Positions 1-14,100 of a DNA stretch of 60,000 nt are shown here, in pieces. The stretch is from Schmidtea polychroa (taxonomy: Eukaryota). Every line of letters starts with the position of its first letter. The first letter of the stretch is position 1. The notes under the pieces are model-generated. The model was not told the DNA's origin. It saw only the letters and a program-made list of their open reading frames with translations, and did not search any database. Where the stretch lies: assembly GCA_044892525.1 (NCBI GenBank), contig CM097885.1:42410001-42470000 (forward strand). Reading direction: 5' to 3'. Both the position numbers and the translations under genes were made by a program.

Positions 1-497
1 TAACTTAAATTTTTTTAATTTTATTTTTATTTTTTATTTTTTTTATTTTCGATAAATTTCATAAGTTACATAATTCTAACTAATTTTAATTTGATTTTTA
101 TTAGTTTATTTGTTAATACAAATTTTTAGTTTCAATTTTTTAAAAATTATTTATCTCTTTATTTTATTATACGGATTTTATTGATTCTTAATGTGTTATG
201 TAATTTATTTTATTTTATTTATTTTATATTAAACCTTGATCATAAATTTTATTCAACTTTGTGCGGTTTTGGTGTTAGGTTTTTTTCGATCCATTACAAC
301 AAACTCTCAATTCTCGGTTTCAACCCAACACTAGGATCAATTCTTTTAGGACGAAAATAATAACTTGTCCCGTTCCTGCGAGTCGTACATTTAATAATAT
401 TGTCCCACGAATTAAAAGTTTTGGGCAAAAACTGATTTTAGGCCTACTTATAGGTAACGTGACGAAATGGGTCAAGAAACAGCACGTATACACATCA

Positions 498-912
498 AGT
501 AGAGTCAAACTCAAAACACCAACTAAAACATATTTATAATGTATAAGAGGAGATAGGAATTGAAATTAGAAAGATTGCCACAAAATATCACCAGGAAATG
601 AATTAAGAATAAAAATTACAATATAAATGATAAGAAATGCTAGAATATTCTCTAAAAATGGCGAAATCCTTCATGACCGCCAATTAGATAGTGGAAATTT
701 ACTAAAAGATAAAAAATTAAGAATTAAGTTAGCAATAAACTAAAATAGAATAGTATAGGAATAAAAAGAAATAGGAATTATATAATAAAATTAGTAGATA
801 GATTTGTGCACTCCAGATCTAGGTACCCCCTCCTACTTTTTTTCTAAATTTTGTTTTAATTATCGATACCGTAATAATTAAAATTTTGTTTAAAATGTCG
901 ATTACGTCATTA
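498..912 (+). repeat. Dispersed repeat containing an AGTAG-type (Polinton-like) terminus at 793; related to 52769-55020
   Basis: 793 AGTAGATAGATTTGTGCACTCCAGATC matches the reverse complement of the right end of the 4146-4236 element. 498-690 resembles 52769-52960 (AAGTAGAGTcAAAcTCAAAA..., TAGAATATTC...AAAATGGC). 851-912 resembles 54905-55020. Confidence 0.55.
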
Positions 913-1339
913 ATTTTTATTTTTTATAAGAACTTTTTATTTTAATATGCTTGAAATTAAATTCTCTATCTAATGAGACCAAGATGTAATCAAAATTGTG
1001 AAATTTCATTTTTAGTGCACCATTTTTGAATCTACACCACTAGAAATATTTTCACTCACACAATAGATAGATAGAATTTAAATCTCTACAAAATGAAATC
1101 ATTATTTATTTTAAATACACACTCATAATACCTTAAACAATGCCTTTTTCAGCCAACTTTTACATACACACATTTTCAACTTTTAAAAAATACAAATTAT
1201 TCATCTATACTTAAAACTCATTCTGCTATTAAAAAATTATTTTAAAAGACATTAAAAACTAAACATTTATTAAAATCCCAGAGAAATTCGAGCACTATCT
1301 AATCTCCAAATCAGTGATATGACATCTTTCTCGTCCATT

Positions 1340-1498
1340 TTATATATTTGAAATATTTACAAACCAGCTTTCCCCATCTTTATATTCAATTTCTTCAAAG
1401 GCATCATGAAAACGGGAATTTCGATTGTTGATGAATATATTTCCTTTGCAACTTAGATTCTTATTGATTTCCCCCAACACTTTATTTACTGCAACAAC
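1340..1498 (-). pseudogene. 3' half of an unknown ORF split by the hAT insertion (VVAVNKVLGEINKNL...WFVNISNI*)
   Basis: Joins in frame with the ORF at 25901-26148 across the duplicated 8-bp target site. Confidence 0.6.
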
Positions 1499-2379
1499 CA
1501 GGCCCGGCTTTACCGATGAAGCAGAAGATGTAAGGCATCGGGGCGCTACACGAACAAAGGGTGCTAAAATCCAAAATTTAAATGAATATTTTTTTTTCAA
1601 ACTTAAATATTTTTTTTTCAAATTTAAATTTTTTTTAAATGAGAGATGAAAAGTAGGCGATTTTCTAATTCAGATTTCCAAAAAAAGCTTTTGGTTTTTT
1701 TCTTTAATTGTAAGTACTTGTTTTCAGTTTTTTATGTGTTCCAGTCATGTTTGGAATTGTTAATATTTTCAATTTTTATTGAAGACCAATTTTTGTGAAT
1801 TGAAAAAATATAAATTTGTTGTTTGAAATATTTAATAAAAAAGTTTATAAAGTGTAATTTTTTGAATAACAAAATTTTTGTGAATGTAAGTATATTATAG
1901 TGATTATTTTATTTTTACTTAGAGTTTATTATTTTTTCAATAAAGTATTTTAAATATTAATTGAGGAATGGTGAAAGTAAGTATCACTAATAGTACTACT
2001 TTTTACTTTCATCATAGCACATGGCTTTAACCTCACCACCACTTTTATATTGAATTTTAAATTCTTTTCAGTATAACTAAAAAATGGAGAAATTATCTGG
2101 AGCAGAGTGCCACAAAAGAAAAGCGATAAGGGATAGGGAACAAAAGAAGTTAACCGGTCAAATAAACAAATTCTTTTAAAAAAGGATGAAATTTCTGCAA
2201 ACAGTAATGAACCGAAAGAATTACATTCATTCACAGTCCAAAAAGTTATTGATTCACCTTCCTTAACTTTACCACATCAACACGAAGGCCATAACAATAT
2301 CGCTACCACGTCGACCACAGAATGTGAATCTAATTAACATTTATCACCCCAAACAACTTCAGGAACAGTAAGTGAAACA

Positions 2380-4719
2380 GTGAGGGAAAATGAAGTATTG
2401 ATTTCATTTAAATCAAATGATCCAGCTACTTGGCCCAAAGTTATTAATGACAAACTTCGAAAAATTATTATTGAGCAAGGTTCGATGATACCGATAGAAC
2501 AAAAATTAAATCCTCGAGACGATTGCGGTCGTAGTTTTATTAATAACTATTACTATCGTAAGATAGCAAATAAAGATACTGTTTCACGAACCTGGCTTAT
2601 ATATTCATGTTCTATAAATTATGTTTTTTGTTCATGTTGCAAATTATTTTCAGGTGGAACAAGTTCTTTGACCACAGATGGTTACTCAAATTGGCAAAAT
2701 TTATCAAAAACTCTGAGTAGTCATGAAGTAACTAAATCCCAATTAACATCATTTATAAAGTGGGTTGATGTAAAAAAACGATTAGAAAAGTTTAGCACAA
2801 TAGATAGTAAACTTGCAAAAGTATATGAAAGAGAAAAACGACATTGACGCGGTGTGTTAGAACGAATTGTTGAAATAATAAAATATCTCGCTAAACAAAA
2901 TTTAGCTCTTCGAGGCTCGTCATATATTATTTTCCAAAATAACAATGATAATTTCTTAAAATTAGTTGAACTATTCTCTAAATTTGATATGGTTATGGAA
3001 ATCCATCTCGCAAAAATTCATAATACTCAAAAGGACACAGTGCATTATTTAATAAAAAATATTCAAAACGAAATAATATCCTTAATTTCAAAGAAAATAG
3101 TCGACGCTATTTTCGAGATGGTGACAAATGCCAAATATTTTTCCTTAATATTAGATTGCAGTTCTGATATCAGTCACATAATTATTATTATCAGATTTGT
3201 CCATAAAAACGAAAGCAATCAAATTACTGTAGAAGAACATTTTAGTGTCTCGTAAAAATAGCTGATTCTACTAGTGAAGGTTTGTTTAAAAGCATAGTCG
3301 CTAAGTTAGAAGATTTAAATATAAATTTAAAAAACTTATGTGGACATGGCTATGATAATGACTCTAACATGCGTGGTAAACACAGCGGTGTTCAAAAACG
3401 CATTTTGGATAAGAACTCTCGATCATTTCTTGTACTATGCGCAGCTCACACATTGAATCAAGTAGTATGTGATGCTGCTAAAGTTAATACAGAAACTATA
3501 ATTTTTTCTGGCATTATACAAGAACTTTATAATTTTTTGAGTGCTTCCACAAAATGGTGGGATGTTTTAAAACAATATAGCAAAATAACGCTTAAACCTT
3601 TATCGGATACACGATGGGAATCAAGAATTGATGCTCTTAGCCCATTAAAAAACAATATTGGGAATTATTTAGACGCTTTACTTGCCATCCATGATAATGA
3701 CAGAAATGACAACAACACAAAATCTGAAGCTAAATCTTTGGCACTGAAGCTTGACTACGAATTTGTTTGTTCGCTGATAATTTGGTACGACATTTTAAGC
3801 AGGATTAATGTTGTAAGCAAGATGTTTCAATCTTCAAGTACGAACCTAAATGAATCAACAAATAGTTTAAATAATTTAATAACTTTTTTTAAAGAATTTC
3901 GTTTAGATGAAAATTTTAATAATATACTTAAAAAAGCTACAATTTTGGCACATGATATTGACATAGCTCCTCAATTTAAAGAAAATCCATTACGTAGGCG
4001 TAAAAAACGTATGTTTTTAACTAAGAATGTCGAGATGAAAGACCGACAGACCCGGAAAAAAACTATAAAATTTCATTTTTTCTTCCAATTGTTGACAGTG
4101 CAATTAACTCAATAGTCGAAAGATTTGAACTTATGAATAGTCATAAGTAGATAGTTATGTGCAAAAAAAAGTAGGGGGGGATCTTTTTAAAAAAAAAGGG
4201 GGGTATATGGATCTGGAGTGCACATAACTATCTACTGTCATGCCGAAAAGTTTCAATTTCTCATAAATTTTAATGAAATTTATAATTTGGATAATGAGAT
4301 ACTAAGAAATAAATGTACAGATTTACATAATGTGTTAACTGATGGTTAAAATATAGATATTATCAGAATTATGTAACGAACTGTGTATATTTAAAGACAC
4401 CATAACTCAACTTAATAGTTTTGATCCATTAGATATATTGCAGTATATTTATTCAAATGAATTATTTGATATATATCCAAACATAGTTGTATCTTTGAGA
4501 ATATTATTAACACTACCAGTCTCAGTAGCAGCTGGGGAAAAATCATTTTCCAGACTTAAACTAATTAAGAATTATTTACGCTCAACCATTTCTCAAGAAA
4601 GACTAATTTGCCTGTCTTTGATTGCTATTGAAAGCGATATCTGTGACAAAATCAAAATTAATGATGTATTGGATGAACTTGCTTCCATAAAAGCAAAAAA
4701 AAGAAAAATAAAATTTTAA
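2380..4719 (+). pseudogene. hAT transposase, ZMYM1-like/DUF4371 type, with stops and frameshifts
   Basis: RTWLIYS...VFCSCCKLF zinc finger, YLAKQNLALRG, YFSLILDCSSDISH, GHGYDN..NMRG..SGVQ, CAAHTLN, TRWESR, and C-terminal LLTLPVSVAAGEKSFSRLKLIKNYLRST dimerisation motif. Confidence 0.93.
4146..4236. mobile_element. 91-bp non-autonomous TIR mini-element with AGTAG...CTACT termini (Polinton-like ends)
   Basis: 18-bp perfect TIR AGTAGATAGTTATGTGCA; flanks GTCATA/GTCATG (6-bp TSD, one mismatch). Removing it restores the transposase frame RFELMNSHAEKFQFL. Confidence 0.85.
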
Positions 4720-4924
4720 ATGAAACATTGTGGTTTTCTAATTTATATATATAAGTAGGTAGATAGTGGCTTACCGCAACAATTACCCCCCCCGGGGGGG
4801 GGGGGGGGGGGGTTGTTGCAACTTTTTTTTTGTTGCAACTTTTTTTTTGTTGCAACTTTTTATTACGCAATTGTTGCAACTCATATTTTTTGCTTTCAGG
4901 GATTTTTGGTCCAAATTTTTTTTT

Positions 4925-7900
4925 ATCAGACTATAGTGAGAGGGTCTCGATGGTCCTGGGATTTTCAATACAAAAAATTTTTTTCAATACAAAAAATTTT
5001 TTTCAATACAAAAACGATGGTCCTGGGATTTTCAATACAAAAACGTTGGTCCTGGGATTTTCAATACAAAAAATTTTTTTCTATACAAAAATCCGACTAC
5101 CACTAAAAAGCATGGAATTTTCACACTATAGTGAGGGGGTCTCGATGGTCCTGGGATTTTCAATACAAATAAAATTTTTTCAATACAAAAATCCGACTAC
5201 CACTAAAAAGCATGGAATTTTCACACTATAGTGAGGGGGTCTCGATGGTCCTGGGATTTTCAATACAAATAAAATTTTTTCAATAAAAAAATCCGACTAT
5301 CACTAAAAAAGCCAAGGATTATTCACACTATAGCGAGGGGGTCTCGATGGTCCTGGGATTTTCAATACAAATAAAATTTTTTCAATAAAAAAATCCGACT
5401 ATCACTAAAAAAGCCAAGGATTATTCACACTATAGCGAGGGGGTCTCGATGGTCCTGGGATTTTCAATACAAATAAAATTTTTTCAATAAAAAAATCCGA
5501 CTATCACTAAAAAAGCCAAGGATTATTCACACTATAGCGAGGGGGTCTCGATGGTCCTGGGATTTTCAATACAAATAAAATTTTTTCAATACAAAAATCC
5601 GACTACCACTAAAAAGCATGGAATTTTCACACTATAGTGAGGGGGTTTCGATGGTCCTGGGATTTTCAATACAAATAAAATTTTTTCAATAAAAAAATCC
5701 GACTATCACTAAAAAAGCCAAGGATTATTCACACTATAGCGAGGGGGTCTCGATGGTCCTGGGATTTTCAATACAAATAAAATTTTTTCAATACAAAAAT
5801 CCGACTACCACTAAAAAAGCATGGAATTTTCAGACTATAGTGAGGGGGTCTCGATGGTCCTGGGATTTTCAATACAAATAAAATTTTTTCAATACAAAAA
5901 GCTGGTCTTCAATAAAAAAGCATGGAATTTTCAGACTATAGCGAGGGAGTCTCGATGGTCCTGGGATTTTCAATACAAATAAAATTTTTTCAATACAAAA
6001 AGCTGGTCTTCAATAAAAAAGCATGGAATTTTTCAGACTATAGTGAGGGGGTCTCGATGGTCCTGGGATTTTCAATACAAAAAATTTTTTTCAATACAAA
6101 AACGATGGTCCTGGGATTTTCAATACAAAAACGTTGGTCCTGGGATTTTCAATACAAAAAATTTTTTTCTATACAAAAATCCGACTACCACTAAAAAGCA
6201 TGGAATTTTCACACTATAGTGAGGGGGTCTCGATGGTCCTGGGATTTTCAATACAAATAAAATTTTTTCAATAAAAAAATCCGACTATCACTAAAAAAGC
6301 CAAGGATTATTCACACTATAGCGAGGGGGTCTCGATGGTCCTGGGATTTTCAATACAAATAAAATTTTTTCAATACAAAAATCCGACTACCACTAAAAAG
6401 CATGGAATTTTCACACTATAGTGAGGGGGTCTCGATGGTCCTGGGATTTTCAATACAAATAAAATTTTTTCAATAAAAAAATCCGACTATCACTAAAAAA
6501 GCCAAGGATTATTCACACTATAGCGAGGGGGTCTCGATGGTCCTGGGATTTTCAATACAAATAAAATTTTTTCAATACAAAAATCCGACTACCACTAAAA
6601 AGCATGGAATTTTCAAACTATAGTGAGGGGGTTTCGATGGTCCTGGGATTTTCAATACAAATAAAATTTTTTCAATAAAAAAATCCGACTATCACTAAAA
6701 AAGCCAAGGATTATTCACACTATAGCGAGGGGGTCTCGATGGTCCTGGGATTTTCAATACAAATAAAATTTTTTCAATACAAAAATCCGACTACCACTAA
6801 AAAAGCATGGAATTTTCAGACTATAGTGAGGGGGTCTCGATGGTCCTGGGATTTTCAATACAAATAAAATTTTTTCAATACAAAAAGCTGGTCTTCAATA
6901 AAAAAGCATGGAATTTTCAGACTATAGCGAGGGAGTCTCGATGGTCCTGGGATTTTCAATACAAATAAAATTTTTTCAATACAAAAAGCTGGTCTTCAAT
7001 AAAAAAGCATGGAATTTTTCAGACTATAGTGAGGGGGTCTCGATGGTCCTGGGATTTTCAATACAAAAGATTTTTTTCAATACAAAAACGATGGTCCTGG
7101 GATTTTCAATACAAAAACGTTGGTCCTGGGATTTTCAATACAAAAAATTTTTTTCTATACAAAAATCCGACTACCACTAAAAAGCATGGAATTTTCACAC
7201 TATAGTGAGGGGGTCTCGATGGTCCTGGGATTTTCAATACAAATAAAATTTTTTCAATAAAAAAATCCGACTATCACTAAAAAAGCCAAGGATTATTCAC
7301 ACTATAGCGAGGGGGTCTCGATGGTCCTGGGATTTTCAATACAAATAAAATTTTTTCAATACAAAAATCCGACTACCACTAAAAAGCATGGAATTTTCAC
7401 ACTATAGTGAGGGGGTCTCGATGGTCCTGGGATTTTCAATACAAATAAAATTTTTTCAATAAAAAAATCCGACTATCACTAAAAAAGCCAAGGATTATTC
7501 ACACTATAGCGAGGGGGTCTCGATGGTCCTGGGATTTTCAATACAAATAAAATTTTTTCAATACAAAAATCCGACTACCACTAAAAAGCATGGAATTTTC
7601 ACACTATAGTGAGGGGGTTTCGATGGTCCTGGGATTTTCAATACAAATAAAATTTTTTCAATAAAAAAATCCGACTATCACTAAAAAAGCCAAGGATTAT
7701 TCACACTATAGCGAGGGGGTCTCGATGGTCCTGGGATTTTCAATACAAATAAAATTTTTTCAATACAAAAATCCGACTACCACTAAAAAAGCATGGAATT
7801 TTCAGACTATAGTGAGGGGGTCTCGATGGTCCTGGGATTTTCAATACAAATAAAATTTTTTCAATACAAAAAGCTGGTCTTCAATAAAAAAGCATGGAAT

Positions 7901-8430
7901 TTTCAGACTATAGCGAGGGAGTCTCGATGGTCCTGGGATTTTCAATACAAATAAAATTTTTTCAATACAAAAAGCTGGTCTTCAATAAAAAAGCATGGAA
8001 TTTTTCAGACTATAGTGAGGGGGTCTCGATGGTCCTGGGATTTTCAATACAAATAAAATTTTTTCAATACAAAAACGATGGTTCTGGGATTTTCTATACA
8101 AAAAAAAATTTTCAATACAAAAATCCGACTACCACTAAAAAAGCATGGATTTTTCAGACTATAGTGAGGGGGTCTCCTTGGTCCTGGGATTTTCAATACA
8201 AAAAGGCGGTCTCAATAAAAAAAGAGTGGCAATTTAAGGTCTCAGGATATTTTCAATACAAAAATCTGATTATCACTAAAAAAGCATGGAATTTTCTAGG
8301 TCAATTCAGGTGGGACTCCTTGGTCCTGAGAATTTCAATAGAAAAAGGTGGTCTTCAATAAAAAAGAGTGGTAATTTAAGGTCTCAGGATATTTTCAATA
8401 GAAAAAGGTGGTCTACACTAAAAAAGCATG
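4925..8430 (+). repeat. Satellite array, ~100-102 bp monomer with a 986-bp higher-order repeat (left arm)
   Basis: CACTATAGTGAGGGGGTCTCGATGGTCCTGGGATTTTCAATACAAA recurs every 100-102 bp; the same ORF start recurs at 5922, 6908 and 7894. Confidence 0.95.
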
Positions 8431-8449
8431 GTAAATTTTTAAAATAAAG

Positions 8450-9060
8450 TAAATAATGGGTCTAAAAATTAAATTACAGTAAATTATGGTTCAAATTTTT
8501 GAATTACAGTAAATAATGGTCCAAATTTTTTGAATTACAGTAAATAATGGTTCTAAAAAATTAAATTACAGTAAATTATGGTTCTTAAAAATTAAATTAC
8601 AGTAAATAATGGTCCAAATTTTTCAATTACAGTTAATTATGGTTCTAAAAAAATTAAATTAAAGTAAATTATGGTTCTAAAAAAATTAAATTAAAGTAAA
8701 TTAAGGTTCAATTTTTTCAATTAAAGTAAATTTTGGTCCAAATTTTTGAATTACAGTAAATAATGGTTCTAAAAATTGAATTACAGTAAATTATGGTTCT
8801 AAAAAATTAAATTACAGTAAATTATGGTTCTTAAAAATTAAATTACAGTAAATAATGGTCCAAATTTTTCAATTACATTTAATTATGGTTCTAAAAAATT
8901 AAATTAAAGTAAATTAAGGTTCAAATTTTTCAATTAAAGTAAATAATGGTCCAAATTTTTCAATTAAAGTTAATTAAGGTCCAAATTTTAAAATTAAGTA
9001 ATCAATGGTCAAAAATTTTAAATTAAAGTTAAATAAGTAAATTAAAGTAATAATTTTTAA
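8450..9060 (+). repeat. AT-rich minisatellite, ~30-33 bp unit (AATTACAGTAAATAATGGTCCAAATTTTTG); inverted counterpart ~22050-22860
   Basis: Direct inspection of tandem units. Confidence 0.9.
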
Positions 9061-9344
9061 ATAAGTAATGTAATAAGTAAATTAAAGTAAGATTTTAAAA
9101 TTTATTAACAAAAAGTTGAAATAATAGAAGGTGTTTGAGAATTGAAATTTTTTAATGAAAATTTTTATGAAATAATTTTTTAAGTAATTTTTAATAGAAA
9201 TTTTTATGGAATAATTTTTTAAGTTAATTTTTAATGGAAATTTTTATGAAATATTTTTCAATGATAATTTTAGATGGAAATTTTTAAGATAATTTTTAAT
9301 GAAAATTTCTATGAAATATTTTTCAAAGACAAATTTTAATAATA

Positions 9345-10385
9345 ATTCAACAACAAACCAACAACTTAGTACCAACAACCAGTAACTTATGAACATGTAT
9401 TAACAATCAGATACCTACAACTAGTTACTAACAACCTGCTACCAAGTACTTACAATCAGTTACCTGCTACCAAATACTTTCAACATGATACCACGTACTA
9501 AATAACTCTCAAACAACCAGATACTTACAACCAATTACCAGATACCAAGTACCTACAACTAGTTACTAACAACTAGTTACCTGATACTAAGTACCTACAA
9601 CCATCTAACAAGTACTAACAACCAAAAACAAGCAACCAACTAGGTACCAAGTACTAACAACCGACAACAACCAGCTAACAACTAAATACAACCTACCAAG
9701 TACCTACAACCACATACTAACAACTAGTTACCAGATACCAACTACTCACAGACGTCAACAACGAGGTACTAAGCATTATTAACCAACTACTAAGTACCAA
9801 CAACAACTAACTACCAACTACTAAGTACCTACAACCACCTACCTATTAACTAGCTACAACCACCTACCAACTAGCTACCACCTACCCATTAACTAGTTAC
9901 AACCAGCTAACTAGGTACTAGATACCAAGTACTAACAACCAGTTACCTGCTACTAAGTACCAACAACCACCTACCAAGTACATACAACCAACATCAACCA
10001 GGTACTAAGCATTAATTACCAACTACTAAGTACCTACAATCACCTACCCATTAACTAGTTACTAAGTACTATCAACCAACTAGGTACTAGATACCAAGTA
10101 CTAACAACCAACAACAACCAGGTACTAATCATTAATTACCAATTACTAAGTACCTACAACCATCTACCAAGTACATACAACCAAGTACTAAGCATTATTA
10201 ACCAACTACTAAGTACCTACAACCGACTAGCTACCACCTACCAAGTACCACCAACAACGAGATACCTACAACTAGATACTAACAACTAGTTACCAGATAC
10301 CTACTACTCACAGCCGTCAACAACCAGGTACTAAGCATCATCAACCAAGTAATAACAACTAGATACCTAGTACATACAACCAGAT
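9345..10385 (+). repeat. Strand-skewed A/C-rich scrambled repeat (CAACC/AAGTACCTACAAC/ACTAGTTAC modules); inverted counterpart ~20770-21745
   Basis: Short modules reiterated in shuffled order; G-poor on the + strand. Confidence 0.85.
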
Positions 10386-10649
10386 GACCACATGAAATTA
10401 TTGGTTAAATAAGTAAATTAATGTCTAATTTTTAAATTAATTAATCAATGGTCTAAAATATTAAAGTTAAAGTTAATTTAAGATGAAGATTTTTAAATTT
10501 ATTATCAAAAGATTGAATAACCACCAACTTTTTTGAGAAATGTAATTTTTAATGAAAATTTAAATGGAAATTTTTTTTAAGTTAATTTTAAATGTAAAAT
10601 TTTTTAAGTTAATTTTAATGAAATAATTTTTTAAGTTAATTTTTTAATG

Positions 10650-10707
<58 letters not shown>

Positions 10708-11146
10708 TCAACAGTTCCCAACAATCGGTTACTAAATATTTTTAACTAGATGCTAACAAATACTTTGAACATGATACCACGTACTAACTAACTCTCAAAC
10801 AACCAGATACCTACAACTAGTTACTAACAACCAACTAAGTATTCTTTATTGTATTTTATGAAATGCTTTTAAATTAATTTTTTATCTGTCTTTAAAAATA
10901 TGTTTAATTACAATCAATAGAAAACCTTTTCAAAATGTCTAAATTTAACAAACATGTTGACTTTCATCAAAAAACCACAACTCAATCACTTTAAAACACC
11001 ACGTGAAATTCAAAATAATTTAAATTACAATGAAATACTAATGAATTCTAATTTACAAAAACATCTTCTTTTAAATGATAACTTATTATTGCATCGTAAA
11101 ATCACATTCAATAATTACTTATTGTTGATCAGTTTTATTATATATA

Positions 11147-14100
11147 CTCTGAGTTTATCCGACAGGATGTTTTGACCCCCTAAGGGTACAGGTCGTAAGG
11201 GTACTGGTAGTAAGGGTATTAGTCGTAAAGGTACTATTCGTAAGGGTATTGGTAACACTCAACCCCCCACCTACCCATTAACTAGCTACTAAGTACTAAC
11301 AACCAGCTAACAACTAGATACCATGTACTTACAACCACCATCAACCAGGTACTAAGCATTATTAACCTACAATTATATAACAACAATCAGTAAACAACAC
11401 TCTACCAACTATTAAATACAAGATACCAACAACTAGATACCAACAATCAACTAACCACACATAAAAATAATAGCAATTAAATACAAAATATTATTCATCA
11501 CATACACTATCTTCTTATCAAAATCTAAAAAGTCAATCAGATACCAACTACCAAGTACCAAGTACTAACAACCAACTACCTACAACCAACTACCTACAAC
11601 CAACAACTATGTACTAACAAATTGATCTTTAAAAGAAAAATACTCATCACTTGAAAAATTAGATGGAAAATTAATTGAACTCAAGACATCAATAACTTGG
11701 TAAAAATTGATTAAATAATTGCAAAAATTTAAATTTATTCAAAATAAATATCATAAAAATTTAATTAATAGACAAGAAAGAATTCTATTCATTAATCATC
11801 CAGTAAAAAAAAAATAGTACTGACCATTCAAGTTGAATCAACTAAGTTAATAAATTAATAAGATAAGATCTAATAGATAATTGATTTAGATTGAATAAAT
11901 TAATTGAAATAAAATTAATTTTAATTATTTTTTTTTAAAAGTAATACATGTACTCAAATTGATTGACTGATTGCTCAATATATTCAAAAATCAGTATAAA
12001 TTCATTACAATTATCAAAGTCATCAATCTACAATAAAAATAATTATCATAAAATTCCAAGAGACTAGAAAACTAACAAACCAGTAAATTCATTCAAATGA
12101 TAATAATTGGTATATCCAAGTGAATTCTCCAATAAAATCATCTAAAAAGAATCATTTCCCTTAAATATATCAATATTTAAAGATTGGTATCTTATCGATA
12201 AGTACTTGTTAAAGATCATATATTCACCTCAAACTAACAATATTCCTTAAAATCTCTTAAATGACTATATTTCTACCCTTAATCCATATTATTACAAATA
12301 ATTCACTAAAATCATCTAAAAAGCATCAAATTTCCCTGAAATAACTATATCTTTAAAGATTAGTATTTTATCGATAAATATCCTTAAAAGGTTATATATT
12401 TACCTCTGACTAATAAGATTGCTTAAAATCCCTTTAAATGACTATAATTCTAACTTTAATTCCTATTATCACGAATATTTCCTTATAAAACATGTAAAAT
12501 AATTTGGTCATTAACCCTAAAGAATTTATAAAATCTAATGATAAAACCGGTTATAATAAAATTTTTGTTAATCACTGTAATTTTTGTAAATCACTGTACT
12601 CGAAATTTAAAATAAATATAACTGACTAGGTCCCATTGAAAGATTAAATTTATCCATTCAATAAAATAACTTTCTTCAAATGGTCAACTTTTGTCGTTGT
12701 CCGTCTAAATAAAGATAAAAATAATTTAAAGTTGATATCAATCCCAATTATCTGTAAAGATTTCATTGTCAAAACCAAGTAAATCGATCATTATCCCTAC
12801 TTAATAAAACATTGTTCTAAATTAATTTACTGTGCATTAATCACAACCTAATAAAACGATATAATTATTATTGATTCATAACTGACTAATGTATTGACAT
12901 TTCCCTTAAAACATTGATATTTTACCAACATCTCCCTTACAATGATATATTCCCATCTTAACCCATCCTTAATTAAATTCAATCGACTATATCTCCCTTA
13001 CAATGATATATTTCCACCTTATCCGATCTTTCATTAAATTTAACCGACTACATCCCCTCAAAAGATCATATTTTCCCATCTTAACCGATCTCTCATTAAA
13101 TCCTACCAACTATAACCCCTTAAAAGATCATATATTCCCACCTTATCCGATCTCTCATTAAATCTAACCGACAATATCCCATCTTATCCGATCTCTCAGC
13201 AAATATTTCTACCCTTTTAAACATCTATCCGATTATATCCCTTAATTTCCTTAAAGATTCCACCCACTTGAGCCCTTTAATATATATCAATCCTCTTAAA
13301 ATCCTTAGAGAACTTCAAAAATATGACTTAATTGTTACAGACACCAAATATTCTTCCATTGAAATAATTTAGTAGCTATGTAGTAAGAGTTCACTAAAAG
13401 ATCAAAAATCAATATTTTCTACAAATATTTACCATCAAATACTGGAGATGAAATATATTGTTTGATTATAATTCTTCATCGATTCAACCAATCATTTTCA
13501 AGCAATAACAGCAAACTAAATTTCAGTATATTCTACAATCATTTTCAAGTAAATTTAAAGTTAACTGGTTTCTTAGCTTATGTTTCTTTAAGTTCATCAA
13601 TGTGTAAATATTCTTAGAAAATTATTGAAAAATTATTTATTCAAATGCATTACAAAGTCATCAAAAATCACTTAATTATTAACCTAATTGTCAATGAAAT
13701 TAATTTTTATTTAAAAACTATTCAATAAAATACAACTAATTATCAAGAAATTAATTAAATTTATCAATTAAATTTATCAGTCAACATGAAATTCTTAGAA
13801 AATTATTCAATATCCTCATAAAAATTTATCCACTTGATTATTGTAAAAACTCTAATTATTAACATTGAAAATAAATTTTATTTAAAATTAAAAAACCAAT
13901 CAATAAAAATACATTCAATTATCAAGAAATTAATTAAATTTACCTTAGAATTAGCATTAAATTACAGAAATTCACAAAAATAATGGAAATTCACAAAAAT
14001 GATAAAAATTCACAAAAATAATAGAAATTCATGAAAATGATAGATATCCACGAAAAATTACGGAAATTCATGAAAATATTAGAAATTCACAAAAAATGAT

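Noticed and set aside
320..514. LAGTGQ as a Walker A motif
   Set aside because: Lacks the GK[ST] residues and any other NTPase motif.
5124..5145. CACTATAGTGAG and GGTCTC resemble the T7 promoter and a BsaI site (vector contamination)
   Set aside because: Only a partial match, embedded in a naturally varying satellite monomer.
4783..8361. ORFs in the satellites (also 22935-25818 and 54251-54514)
   Set aside because: Translations of tandem repeats and homopolymers with no protein motifs.
4925..8430. CRISPR-like regular repeats
   Set aside because: Units are tandem monomers with no unique spacers, no cas genes, and the context is eukaryotic.
10954..11175. Identical 73-aa ORF in both arms
   Set aside because: Identity follows from the inverted duplication; low complexity, and it runs into the nested module's end.
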